Positions 1-11,656 of a stretch of 42,307 bases of DNA are shown here, in pieces (the first letter of the stretch is position 1; every line of letters begins with the position of its first letter). The stretch spans positions 1-42,307 of the forward strand of contig NIVC01003913.1 in NCBI GenBank assembly GCA_002269645.1. The letters are read 5' to 3'. Under the pieces are notes generated by a model. The model searched no databases and had not been told where the DNA came from. It saw only the letters and a program-made list of their open reading frames with translations. Made by a program: the position numbers and the translations under genes. The stretch is from Macrostomum lignano (taxonomy: Eukaryota).

Positions 1-1296
1 CATTAAGTCTTAGCAACTTCGAATCCCAGCTGACCGAAGCTCTATAGTCGTCACGATGAGGAGGAGAGGGGAGCCCGCCCCATGCAAGCCCAACCATAGA
101 AAGTTGAAATTCGAGTCTTCTTTGGAGGCTGATTGCCAGTCAACTGATTAGCGAGCGAGGAGAGAAAGACTGAATGAGGCAAATCGAAATTGGAGAGCCA
201 CGGCGGGACTCTCATTTCCCAATAAAGCTTGAGTCTCAGTTTTGTTGTCGTTGATACTCTCACTCTCTTGATTGATAATTATTGGGAGGGAAACTGAGTC
301 GACACTATCCCCCCCAGTTCGCCGCTCAAGTCTGAATCTTCTCCGGGCAGGTTAATGAAGAGGGTTTTGCTCAGGTAGAATAGAAAGTTGATAGGGAGGA
401 TTAAGGTGGAGGACAAGGCGGGTCGGTGAGTGACGGTTGAAACTGACTGGAGCCGGAGGCTGCGTTGAGCAGGATGCGGCATTTTCCCGACACCCTATTA
501 ATGATTTCCCATCATTGTTCTGTTCCTCCCTCACCTTATAGGATAGGCGGCCCGGCTGCAATCTCACACAGCGCTCATTATTCAGGATCATCTGAGGACA
601 AGCTGTCTCGGTCGCAGTGGACCGCCACATCCTTGGAGCCGCTCGCCAACGCGCTTAGTGTAACAACGCTTTAAGAATGAACCGCACTACAGCTGATGCT
701 ACTGCTGCAGAGACACTCATGCTTCAGCCGCCAGAGCTGCCCCAAACTGTACGCTCGTGGGAGAGAGCGGCAAGGGAAGAAGCTCAGCGGGGGGAGAGAT
801 GATGGCTTGTGGAAAATTCTCAAGGTCACGCAGAGCGGGCAATAGCGCGCACAGTGGACTGCAAGCCCGGGCTAAACAACGCCCACCCCCGCCACTCTTA
901 CCTACTCCCAGGCCAAAATTGCGAAGGCATAAAATAAATGTCTGGAAATTCTTAGGCAAAGCAGAAATTGGCTGCTCTTCTTGCTAATTTCTGTCAGCAT
1001 TCAGCAACGACTAAAGAGTAGACAATAAAGCAATTCAAGATTCTATCTGCGGTTATTTTGGCAATAAGGTAAATTTAAGACACTTGGTAATACTCTCATA
1101 TGATTAATATTCGAAATTGGTGGCAGCTAAGACTCAGATCTGATTCGCACCGATATTTATATATGCATGAGCTGCTCTGTGACTGGCTTCTAATGCATTA
1201 TTTATCAGTCTTAATACAAGATCTAATTGTAGCACCTTTATAGTCTCCGGTGTGAACTGTAATTTTCTGACCTGTAGCTAGACTCGGTTATACAAT

Positions 1297-4200
1297 ATGA
1301 TTTCCGATGTACCAACTCAATCAACAGGTGGTATGACGCTCAACTTTGACGATCTGCTGAAGCAGATTGGCGGATTCGGCCGAGCTCAGCTGCTCATCTT
1401 CCTGGTGCCGGCGCTGATTGCCATTCTCAGCGGATTTCACACCTTGGCGCCTATCTATCTGCTGTACACTCCCGAATACAGGTGAGGATCGGGACTTATT
1501 GCGCTAGGTGGCTTGTAAGTATCTGCTTTATTGTGATTTTCATTAGTCATCTATGAAAAATGCTCAGCTCATCCCCGTTTACCCGAAGCACGAGAACTTC
1601 CCCACGAGAAGTTTTCTCGCCGAGATTTGCCCGCGCGAGCTTTTTCCGCTGGTGTTTTCCAGTCGAAATTTCAAGCCAAATCCAGTCGGATTTGAAATCT
1701 AGTCTAGTTCAAGTCTTAGTCTAAGGACTTGCCCATAGACGTGGACAACCAAGTTGAGAGAATTCCAAGTTGAAATTGACAGCAGTAGATTTGGTCTTGC
1801 CCATAGACGTGGACAACCAAGTTGAGAGAATTCCAAGTTGAAATTGGCAGCAGTAGATTTGGTCTTGCCCATAGACATAGACAACCAAGTTGAGAGAATT
1901 CCAAGTTGAAATTGGCAGCAGTAGATTTGGTCTTTCCCATAGACATAGACAACCAAGTTGAGAGAATTCCAAGTTGAAATTGGCAGCAGTAGATTTGGTC
2001 TTGCCCATAGACATAGACAACCAAGTTGAGAGAATTCCAAGTTGAAATTGGCAGCAGTAGATTTGGTCTTGCCCATAGACATAGACAACCAAGTTGAGAG
2101 AATTCCAAGTTGAAATTGGCAGCAGTAGATTTGGTCTTGCCCATAGACATAGACAACCAAGTTGAGAGAATTCCAAGTTGAAATTGGCAGCAGTAGATTT
2201 GGTCTTGCCATAGACATAGACAACCAAGTTGATAATTCGGCCATAGACATCGGCACTAAAAAGGACGCCAGCACTGAAATCATTCTTAAACATCCATTTA
2301 AGCACTCAAAACTGACTATTGAACAACAGTTTGCTCAAACAACTAGCAATTTGCCGACAAAAGCAATATTAGCACACAAAAACCCCTAAAATCCCTAAAA
2401 ATGCCAGGAGGGCTTTAGCAATCAACAATACCCTATTATTATATTAGCCTTGGTGGTTAGCCAGCCATCCTAAACTCAAGCCGTAGTTTTTCAGCATTCC
2501 CCCAATCGAGACTTGGCGTCTCAGCAACACCGCCTTAAATTTTAGATATTAAATTTCTGACGTGCTACTAAACAGTACCATTTGAGGCTATTGTTAGTTA
2601 AATTTATTTGTAAAGTCAAGCACCTAAAAAAACTGGGTTTCAGATGCCGCCCGCAGTCGGGCATCGGTTCCAATCGCTCCACTTTGAATGAGTCGGTAGC
2701 CCAGAATCTCGAGTCAATCGGCAAGTGTAGCTATGGCAACGAGACTGGACCAGCCTGTCACGAATGGATTTACGACCAGACCGAGTTCGCCAGTACCTTC
2801 GTCACTGAGGTACTGATTGTTTTGAAATACCTAATCATAAGCTTGTATTTAGCTAGCAATGGGCCTCCATACCACAAACCCTTGCTTCCCAAAGTCAGTT
2901 GGTATATGTATCGGATCTAGCATTTGATAGCAATTCGTTTTTTACGTACGTAGAGCCTTTTAATATTTCGCTCGATCAGCAGGACAGCTAGCTATTGACT
3001 ACAGATACAAAAATAACTGAATGGGCCACTCAGCACATTTGCGTGTAAGCTACTTTCAGTTCAGTAGCAAGTTAAACAGAAGCATTTTAATGTATTTTTA
3101 AAGCCAAGGCTTATTTATTGGCTCTTACCCCCAGCTTAAACCCTCCAACCGCGCCTTTCCACACTACCCCTCCGCACCCTAATATTTTATTGCCTTTCTC
3201 GGAATTCCAGCCTAAAGCTGCCATGTACATTTCAGTGGACTGGCTAATGTACATTATTGCTGAACCAATTAGCAAGTTGTTTACGCCTGCAAGCTTGGGC
3301 TTCTAAACTTATCAAAGTCATTTCAGCTGGCTTTATTTTTATAAAATAGCTTATGTATTCTTCTTTGCTACTGAACTGAAAGTAGAAGCTGTTTTACAAA
3401 GTATATGCCTGAGTGGCCCATCTCGTATTTTATTGCTATCTGTGCTATTGACCTGAAAAGCGTTCGATCACACACTGTGTGAAGCCCATTTACATCTACA
3501 TGCCGAAGCTGCATAACTTTTTACCATTCATACCGAAGGGCTTTATGCGGGCCTAAATTTTATGTCTGATGTTCGAACAGTGATGTCGGTGAGCGTTAAT
3601 AGCGGTGTCCGATGAGTTACTAGTGGTATCCGAGGCTCTTAAAGTAGTGTCGGAGGTTTTTTACGATAGTATTTTCCCCAAGCTTTTAATAGTAGTGTCT
3701 TGTCTAAAGGTCTAAAAGTAAACACTGACGTTAGAACTTTAAATTTTTAGCTTTCGAGAAGATTCTGTAGGAACAAAATTTGAGTCCAAGGTCATGAGAT
3801 AAGGGTGTGCAACCCCCTCTGCCTCTGAGGGTAAACGCGTGTCTGACACTCGCGCCGCGACCCTTGGTTCGATTCTCCGCATAGACACATTCATTTTGGA
3901 GCGTGTGTGCACAAAATTGGCAGGTGGGGTTGACGTGCAGTTCACAGCCACGAGGGCCAGCTCCCCAAGGCACAGAGGGTGTACATGCCTGACGATTAGA
4001 AAGTCAGGGCCGATGTACACCCTGTGTGAGCGTGTGTACGATTGTGTGGCTGCCTACAGTATCTACGCGCTTGTATGTGTTCAGGAGTCAGCAGAATTGG
4101 TAGAATTGACTCAGCACCGGCTGTGGGACGCTGTCGCTGAAAGCGTCGTGCCAGGTGCCCACAGCTCTCATTCGAATATATTTTCTGACACTTGATTGAG

Positions 4201-7200
4201 CTCAATTAATTCTTCAGCAGCAAAATCACCACGGTGCCTACTATGAGTACTATCTAGCGTAATTCGCTCCTTCTCGAAACTTCCAGCCCCGATCCTCGCA
4301 GCGAGATCTTCTTCTCCTTTAACCCTCGCATTTGCGCGCATTTAAAAACGAAAAAAAATTCCAGTTCAATCTGGTCTGCAAAAACGCTCTGGTCGGCACG
4401 TGGATCAAGACCTGCACCTTCGCCGGGTTCATGGTTGGAGTCTTTGTGACCGGATTCTTATCCGACTTGTGAGCTGCTGGAGTGCGAAGTAGTTTTGGGG
4501 AGCTCAACATGTAGATAACTGAGTGTAAGCTAATTAGAATGACGTCACACTCGCAGGTCGTAAAAGTTGCGGTGCAAAGGCCGGTTGTCGCTGCTAAATT
4601 CTCTAGTGAGATAGGGAGTTCACTGTTGTTTAGCGCTAAATTCGCAATATCTTCCCTTCAGGACTTCCGGTTTGAAAAATGAAGCAAGTGTCTGCTTGCT
4701 TCGGAAGTGGTTCTAAACATTACGGAGAATGGAGAATTTCATTTCTTCAGTACAAAAATTGTCGTTGCTTTTGATAAAAGGCAGACCCAATTTTTATCTT
4801 TTGATAGGAGAAAAAATTAAAACTTCATATTTCCGTAATGTTTGTACTTTTTTTACGGTAGAACCTGCGTCCAAAAAATTGTTCCAAGAAGCGTATAGTT
4901 TCCCGTTCTTCTACTTGAGCAGTCCAGGAGAGTTATAGTCAGTTTATGAATGCTAAACAACTGACAACTTCCTATCTCGCCATTGAATTTTACAGCTAAA
5001 ACCCCCCTCTAGTGTAATTCGAACGACTTGCGGAGTGTAACGTCCTTCTACTTCATTACACGTTATTGAGTAGTATTCACGGGAGTACATTACGTTTCAG
5101 CGACCAGAAACTTATTAGTTAAGTTTGGTTGACTTGTCCAAAAATGTCCAGGCTCGTACTTGCTCGTGCTTGTATTAAACCAGTTTTACTCATTTTTATA
5201 GTAATCTCAAAACGCATTCACATAGGAATTCAGGAGCATATTATTTTGCATGAATAATATAAATAATAATTTATAAGGACAAAGGTGCAGAGCACAACTG
5301 GTTAAATTAAATCATTCACGTCTCTGGAGAAAAATTATAACACGTTTGTAATGGCACGCAATCATTAATTAGTGTATCGAGTATGCAATACAATTTGTCT
5401 TAAGCGCTCTCAACGACGCTCGCTTTTGATAGGCTGGGCCGGCGCCGCTGCCTCATCGCATGCCTCTGCCTGTACGGCTCAGCCGCGCTGGGCTCCGCAT
5501 TCTGCCAGTCGCCAGTTGCCATGGCCTTGACCAGATTCTTCATCGGCTTCGGCGCGATGGGAGCGTTCACTGTTAGCTTCGTCATCGGCACGGAGATTGT
5601 GGGCCCGGAGGCTCGCTTCCACACCGGCATGGCGATTGAGTACTTTTGGACGCTGGGCTCGTGCGCGGTGGCCGGCCTGGCTTATCTGATTCAGTGAGTT
5701 GGGCTGCTTAGATCACGTTGGGCAGCGAGCTCTGCCGCAAAGCAGAGAAGGCGAGGAGGCCAGCAGTCAGGCCCATTCCGCTGACCCCTGAGCACACACG
5801 GATACGTACCTGGGCATGCACTCACTGTGGTTGACCCTCAATGGCGAGAATGACACGACTTTAATGCACGAGCCCTAATTAACGTGTCCCGGGTACCTCT
5901 GTATCTTGAAAAGGGAGTCAGAGGTGCGTTGACGATTGAGCCACTCTGCTGCCCTACATGTATATCCAACACCATGACTACAAGATTGATGCAATCAAAT
6001 TTTATATTTTTGAGATAAAGCGTCATAATGACAGAGCTCATTCTTTACTGAAGGAGTTGGGCTTTTCCTTTTATTGTGCTTTTTTCTGTTGTTGTCTTCA
6101 CAGTTGGTTCAGACTGTAGTGCAGGAAACCAAGAATGCTGGCAGCGCGTTTCAAGTCATTATTATGTTTTATTATGGGTGTTCAGATTCACACTACTAAC
6201 TCAAACAAGTCTGCTCTAATGTTTTTTGTACAGCGACTGGCGTCACCTGCAGTTGGTCCTCTCCGCTCCTGTGCTGCTGGTGCTGGTGGCCTCCCTGCCG
6301 CCGGCCGTTGTGCCGGAGTCGCCGCGCTGGCTGTTGCACAAAGGCCGCGTCAACGAAGCCCGCGACGTCATCAGGCGGATGGCCCGGCTCAATCGGGCTA
6401 CTGTTGACATTGGTCGCGAGCTCGACTCCGTGCTAGAAGGAGACGGTCCCGACAATGGCGGCGGTGGCGGCAGAAGCACCGAGAAGGTGACGCCCTCGTT
6501 AACGGAAGCGTCGACGGATTGTGCTGCGGTTCGCGTTGACGACGGCAGTGGCCAGCGATCGGAGCCCAGGTGGCGACATCGCTTCCGAGCTGCTGCCGTA
6601 GCGGCTCGCCAGCTGATCTGCCAGGCTCCTAGGCTGCTGGCCGAGTACTGCATCATCTGCTTCAACTGGTGAGCTCAGCGGTCTTTAGGTTGTAATTAGC
6701 CCACCTGCGGTGTAGAAAGTATTCAATGCTGTGAAATCTATTGAAGAGAAATTCTTCCTAAAAGTAAATCAGAGGCTTCTAAGAGCCGCCGGATTGTTCT
6801 ATGATTGCAGGACTGTTCTATGATTGTAGGATTGTTCTATGAAACACTTCTAATTTCGAGCTAGAAGTGAACTTCACCGCTTCATATTATTGTTTGTCAT
6901 CCAATCCGCCGCCCCCTCAGGTTCTCCATAGCCCTGGTTTACTACGGTCTCATAATGGGCTCCGGCACCCTGCCTGGCAGCATTTTTCTCACCTCTCTGC
7001 TGACCGCTATGGTGGAATTCCCGGCCTATATCCTCGGCCATGCTACCGTCAACCGACTAGGCCGCAAAGTTGTCTGCGTCGCCTTCAACAGCTTGTCGGC
7101 CGTGTCACTTTTCGGACTGTTGCTTGTAGTACTACTGGCTCCCGGTAAGTCTCAAATCAGCCATTTGCGCTTATTCGGGCTCGCTTCTCCGTTGCTTGTT

Positions 7201-9155
7201 GCCTCCCGTCCGGAGTTCCTTTTTGCCCACAGGCTGAAGAGCCGCGGAGCTTGGAAAGCGTTTCCGGGCCGGCCGAATGAGGGAGTTTGGGCGCCTGTCG
7301 ACGCTTGCAAAATGGTGTACATTTAATCCCAGTAGTGTTCTAAGTTAGGCTTTCTTACTTCAGTTGTTTCTTACGGTGCAGTCTCCATTTACACTATCCT
7401 ATTCAAAAGTTCCATTATTTTGCATGGTACAGTGTAGCACAAATTGTATTCTAGGCTTTTTATACCTGCTCATTAACTAATACAGATCTCTCCTGGTTGA
7501 TCATCACCCTATCAATGCTTGGCAAGCTGTTCAACACCACAGCCTTTGGTGTAATTTACCTGTGGACGGCTGAGCTCTACCCGACTAGCATTCGAAATAT
7601 CGGCGTCTCAACAAGCTCAATGTGCGCCAGAATTGGCACACTGTTCGCTCCGGCCCTTGCTGATATTGTAAGTATAGCTACTGCCCAAATTACCCCCGAC
7701 TCTTCTACATGTACATGCGTCCCACGTTTTCCGCCTGACCTTGCCATTGCTTTCTTCGCTATTTAAAAATACTCGCCGTGGCCGCCACTCGTTCACTCGT
7801 TTCGCATCACGTTTTAGCAAAACTTTGTCCCTGGCAAGGCTGGCACGGTGCTGGCGTATTCCATTTTCGTCTCAATCTCTGTAGCGGCCGTCTTGCTGGC
7901 GATGTTCGTGCCAGAGACTGGGAACAGAAAGCTGCCAGATTCGCTGGAGCAAATGATCTCCATCAGGTGCCGCTCAATTTGCAAAGAGAAACCGTCGAAT
8001 ACTGTTTTTAGAAAAATTTGTTAAAGCGGGTGCTTCAAAATTAAGCAAAAACATTCAACTTTTCTAGACAGAAAGAAGTTAGGATTTGAAGTAATCTTTG
8101 ACTTGTGTATTTATCTTGAACTCTAAGTCCCAAAGTGGGCATAGTTTATGAATTTCGGCACCAGAAACGTCTCATTTGAAAAAAAAGTGACACTCTATAT
8201 CCGCTGTAGCACAATCTGCGACCAATGAAACTTACGATCTGTGCCCGATGTAGCTAACACATCATCTGCGACCAATGAAACTCATGATCTGTGCCCGATG
8301 TAGCTAACACATCATCTGCGACCAATGAAACTCTCACGATCTGTGCCCGATGTAGCTAACACATCATCTGCGACCAATGAAACTCTCACGATCTGTGCCC
8401 GATGTAGCTAACACATCATCTGCGACCAATGAAACTCTCACGATCTGTGCCCGATGTAGCTAACACATCATCTGCGACCAATGAAACTCTCACGATCTGT
8501 GCCCGATGTAGCTAACACATCATCTGCGACCAATGAAACTCTCACGATCTGTGCCCGATGTAGCTAACACATAATCTGCGACTAATGAAACTCTCACGAT
8601 CTGTGTCCGATGTAGCTAACACATCATCTGCGACCAATGAAACTCTCACGATCTGTGCCCGATGTAGCTAACACATCATCTGCGACCAATGAAACTCACG
8701 ATCTGTGCCCGATGTAGCTAACGCACCATCTGCGACCGACGTAACCCACGATCTGTGCCCGATCTAACTCTCGAGTGCATACGAGTAGCTAGTCACTCTG
8801 AGACTGAGATGATTCACATGGATTGATGACCAACTGTGTACATAATGTCTCAATAGCTCCGAGTCGGAGATTAGTGTAATTGGCACATTAAATGCTTTAG
8901 TGCATCTGTTTTATGCAAACTTGAAACGATAATTTGAAGCACCCGCTGATTGCCAAAACAAGTACTCGAATAAATGAGCTGGTACACTATAGGGAGCAAT
9001 GTAGTACCCAATATTGAGGTTTGCACAATGCTAACTAGCGGAAACGCATCTCTTCTGTTTGTTTCAGGACTGGCTCAGCCGGTTGGACGGAAGAGAGCAA
9101 AGAAAACGAAGCTGGACTGGCCGAAGATTCTGTTGGCAACAGCACCAAGCTCTGA
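1297..9155 (+). CDS. SLC22-family (OCT/OCTN/OAT-like) major facilitator transporter, 9 exons, 597 aa
   Basis: Hand-spliced exons 1297-1481, 2644-2809, 4365-4468, 5433-5693, 6234-6668, 6921-7144, 7486-7667, 7818-7966 and 9068-9155. All introns are GT-AG with matching phases, totalling 1794 nt in one open frame. SLC22 motifs: FDDLLKQIGGFGRAQ, STFVTE|FNLVC, SDL|LGRR, PESPRWL, ELYPTSIRN..S..ARIG, PETGNRKLPDS. Orthology within SLC22 cannot be assigned by eye. Confidence 0.93.
1728..2232. repeat. 68-bp tandem minisatellite, about 7.5 copies, in SLC22 intron 1
   Basis: Unit cttgcccatagacatagacaaccaagttgagagaattccaagttgaaattggcagcagtagatttggt starts at 1728, 1796, 1864, 1932, 2000, 2068, 2136 and 2204. 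Confidence 0.95.
3001..3442. mobile_element. MITE/foldback-like element with imperfect terminal inverted repeats, in SLC22 intron 2
   Basis: ctactttcagttcagtagcaa (3050-3070) is the exact reverse complement of 3365-3385. atgggccactcag (3021-3033) pairs with ctgagtggcccat (3409-3421). No clear TSD. Confidence 0.6.
3810..4110 (+). mobile_element. Diverged copy of tRNA-derived SINE family B
   Basis: B-box-like ggttcgattc (3866-3875). The body ccccaaggcacag..gtgtacatgcctgacgattagaaagtcagggccgatgtacac..ctgtgtgag is homologous to 37720-37890 and to the reverse complement of 38936-39248. Boundaries are approximate. Confidence 0.6.
4535..5050. mobile_element. MITE-like element with about 100-bp imperfect TIRs, in SLC22 intron 3
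   Basis: tagaatgacgtcacactcgcaggtcgt...gctgctaaattc...gagatagggagtt...gttgtttagc (4535-4635) matches the reverse complement of about 4950-5050. TSD not evident. Confidence 0.65.
6791..6842. repeat. 19-bp tandem repeat, about 2.7 copies
   Basis: The unit ggattgttctatgattgca is repeated in SLC22 intron 5. Confidence 0.8.
8025..8947. mobile_element. Putative non-autonomous DNA transposon with short TIRs that encloses the 52-bp array
   Basis: agcgggtgcttcaaa (8025-8039) is the exact reverse complement of tttgaagcacccgct (8933-8947). TSD unclear. Confidence 0.45.
8214..8765. repeat. 50/52-bp tandem minisatellite, about 11 copies, in SLC22 intron 8
   Basis: Unit atctgcgaccaatgaaactctcacgatctgtgcccgatgtagctaacacatc starts at 8214, 8264, 8314, 8366, 8418 and onward to 8728. 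Confidence 0.95.
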
Positions 9156-10030
9156 GTGACGGTTTTGATTCGAACACTTCTAATATATCTAAAGTAGCAA
9201 CCCCCCCTCCACCGGCCCTGTTCGAACACTAACCCACTAATCTTTATAAACAGCACTTTGGCAATACGCTCGTAGTAAGACCACTCAACTAACTTCAGTG
9301 GTCTATGGACAATTGTCTATGGAAGAACCTCAGGTGTATGGAAAAGAGCTTACTCTCCCTGAAATACTCTACTCTACTAACTTGCGATCGTCAGAAAAAC
9401 TATTGCAACACAAATCCTGTTTTCTTTCTCAATCACAAATACGAGCTAGTTTGATAAAACATCTTCTGCAGAGCAGAGCAATAGAAATTGATATAAAATC
9501 TATTCAACGTTCTACTATGTATACCTTTTCAACTTCGAATTCGTCAGGCATGCTCCACAGATACTAAATACCTGGTATTTATTATCTGTGGGCATGCTCA
9601 AAGCTACGAGTATTAAATGTTAATGTAAATGTAAAATGTTTAGAAGGATTGCGAAAGTGGCAGAAAATATGGACGAGAGGGGGAAAAGTTTACAAACTGG
9701 CTGTAGGGACAAAAGTTCAAGATTATTTCGTCGAGTTTGAAGTCACTTTGCTCAGCTTTTTGTCATTGACACGCTCTTCCTTCCTATCTTAATTGACGAA
9801 TTTCACTCACTTCGTCGAATTCGAAGTTGATTGGGTAATTTTCTACCTTTCATAATTTTATTAGCTATAGCTAAATTTCCTTCCTTAGAGCATACACAGT
9901 TTGTATACTGAACTATTTTTTTTTCATGTCAGAAGTTTTCGGTATCTGTTTTGTTGTTATTTCTAAGCCATTGATATGATACATTATTAGCTAACAACCT
10001 ACTTTGTAGCAATACTTTGTAGTTAGTTAA

Positions 10031-10340
10031 GGTTGTAGCCTATACTTGTGGTTAGAGCGTCGGACTCATGACTTGGAAGGTCGGGGTTCGATTCACGATC
10101 CCACTGGAAAAATTGTGTGCTTGAGCAAGACACTTAAACTCTGCATTGCTTCAGTTCACCCATGCAGCTGTAAAATTGGGTGCCAGCATTAGCTGGGGTA
10201 ATTGAGGGCGGGTGTGGCGACCTCTTGTGGCGTCCTTGGATTAAACGACCGCTGCGGCTGAGCTGTCGGTTGCACATCTGTCCCAATTGGGACAGGTACC
10301 CGTGTAATGAATAATTACTATTACTATTATTATTATTATC
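10031..10340 (+). mobile_element. tRNA(Met-like)-derived SINE family A with CORE-like central domain and (TAT)n tail
   Basis: Head tagcc..gtggttagagcgtcggactcatgacttggaaggtcggggttcgattc resembles elongator tRNA-Met and has A/B boxes. Central cttgagcaagacacttaa..ctgtaaaattggg resembles the CORE-type SINE domain (from recall). The 3' tail is tattattattattatc. Confidence 0.8.
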
Positions 10341-11119
10341 ATTGTTAGCTATAAAGCTAGCTCATATTGCTAGAGAAACAGAAAGGCGCCTCTTGTTTAT
10401 GTTCTTTCAATATAGCACCATTATGCTTATTAAATAATATACATATCGTCTCCTTCCTATCTTGCTCTACTATAACCTCCCTCAATCTCCAGCTTCTGGT
10501 CATAGATGCAGCTGGATCAACAACTTTCAGGTCGTTTTTTAAGGCACAATTCACTTAAAAGTACAGCAAAATTGTTTTTTTCATCTTTGGCTACGGCCGT
10601 ACGGCTACTGCCCTACTTTTTTATCTTTCCTACAGCTGATTCTGGTTTGGAACTCCTAAATCTGGTAGAAAATTCGCTACCACATCACTTTACTCAATGA
10701 AGTATGCATGCACTTGTCTAATGCAGAATAATAAATTGGTGCAATATTAGCAACTAAAAATGCAAGAAATTACAGAGCAACATAAAAATAAACCTTGAGG
10801 CGCGACGGTTGCTCGATCTTAACAATAAGAAGTCATTTTAGTTTTGCTTGTGAATTTCTAATGTGAATATACGTACAGTACTTCGCAACAGCACACAATT
10901 ACAAATACTAGGCAGTAGCAATTATTTGCAATTAAAAATACTAATTTATACTATCTTACACATGTAATGTATGAAATATATACATCGTCTACAGGATGCA
11001 CCTTACATCACATGCTACACCAGTCCTCTGAGAAGGAATATGTAAATTCGAGGAGTAAAACACTAAAGCTAGCCTTCAAAGTTCAAGATAAAAAATAGAG
11101 TATTTCGAATTAACCATAG

Positions 11120-11502
11120 GCAGACGGATGGCCGTTTTCGTCCATTCTGTCTACCTCCAAGCTAGACGGCATAAAATCAATCTCTATGGGCCAAATTTGT
11201 TGGAATTTTTACCACAGCCGTTCCCGACGACTAGAGGCCGAAAACGGCCATATAAATATTATGTATAAGGACTACTGACTGCTATATATAACCATATTTA
11301 TAATCAATAGAATTTCATTCCTTCATCTAGGCGGGAACGGTGGTAGCAGCAACATTTATGATCGTAAATTTGAAAACTGTCTATGGCTGTTTTCGGCCTA
11401 TCCGTCGGGAACGGTTATAAGCGCCTAAAACTGCAGTCAAATAGAGGTTAATTGGCCGTCAAAAATCTACGAAAAAGCTGGATGTCAAAAAAATGTCTGC
11501 AG
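11120..11502. mobile_element. Degenerate foldback/MITE-like element
   Basis: ccgttcccgacgactagaggccgaaaacggccata (11218-11252) is inverted at tatggctgttttcggcctatccgtcgggaacgg (11382-11414). Patchier matches extend outward. Confidence 0.5.
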
Positions 11503-11656
11503 CAATTCAAAGCAACCCCAAATGAAAAACAGCGTTGCCGTTGCATGCTATGGAAAAGCATTTTTTGCACCTTCTAAAGGTGAAGACGCAACTGAGCTCT
11601 AGGTTGTTGAGGCCTGGATTCAATAGCAATCAAATCCTACAGGATACAGTGTTATA

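Noticed and set aside
1-990. Several short ORFs (62-92 aa) in the first kb
   Set aside because: No recognisable domain, motif or consistent splice structure. The region is left unannotated.
1699-2305. Three overlapping 146-194-aa minus-strand ORFs
   Set aside because: They are translations of the 68-bp tandem repeat, with periodic peptides in all frames.
3988-4008. CTGACGA-tta-GAAA, a hammerhead-core look-alike in SINE B
   Set aside because: There is no room for stem II, stems I and III do not form, and the other two copies read CTAACGA..AAAG. It is better explained as a simple hairpin.
10031-10102. Possible tRNA-Met gene
   Set aside because: The acceptor and D stems do not pair, and it continues into a SINE body and tail.
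10357-10700. Short ORFs downstream of SINE A
   Set aside because: No recognisable transposase or host motif.
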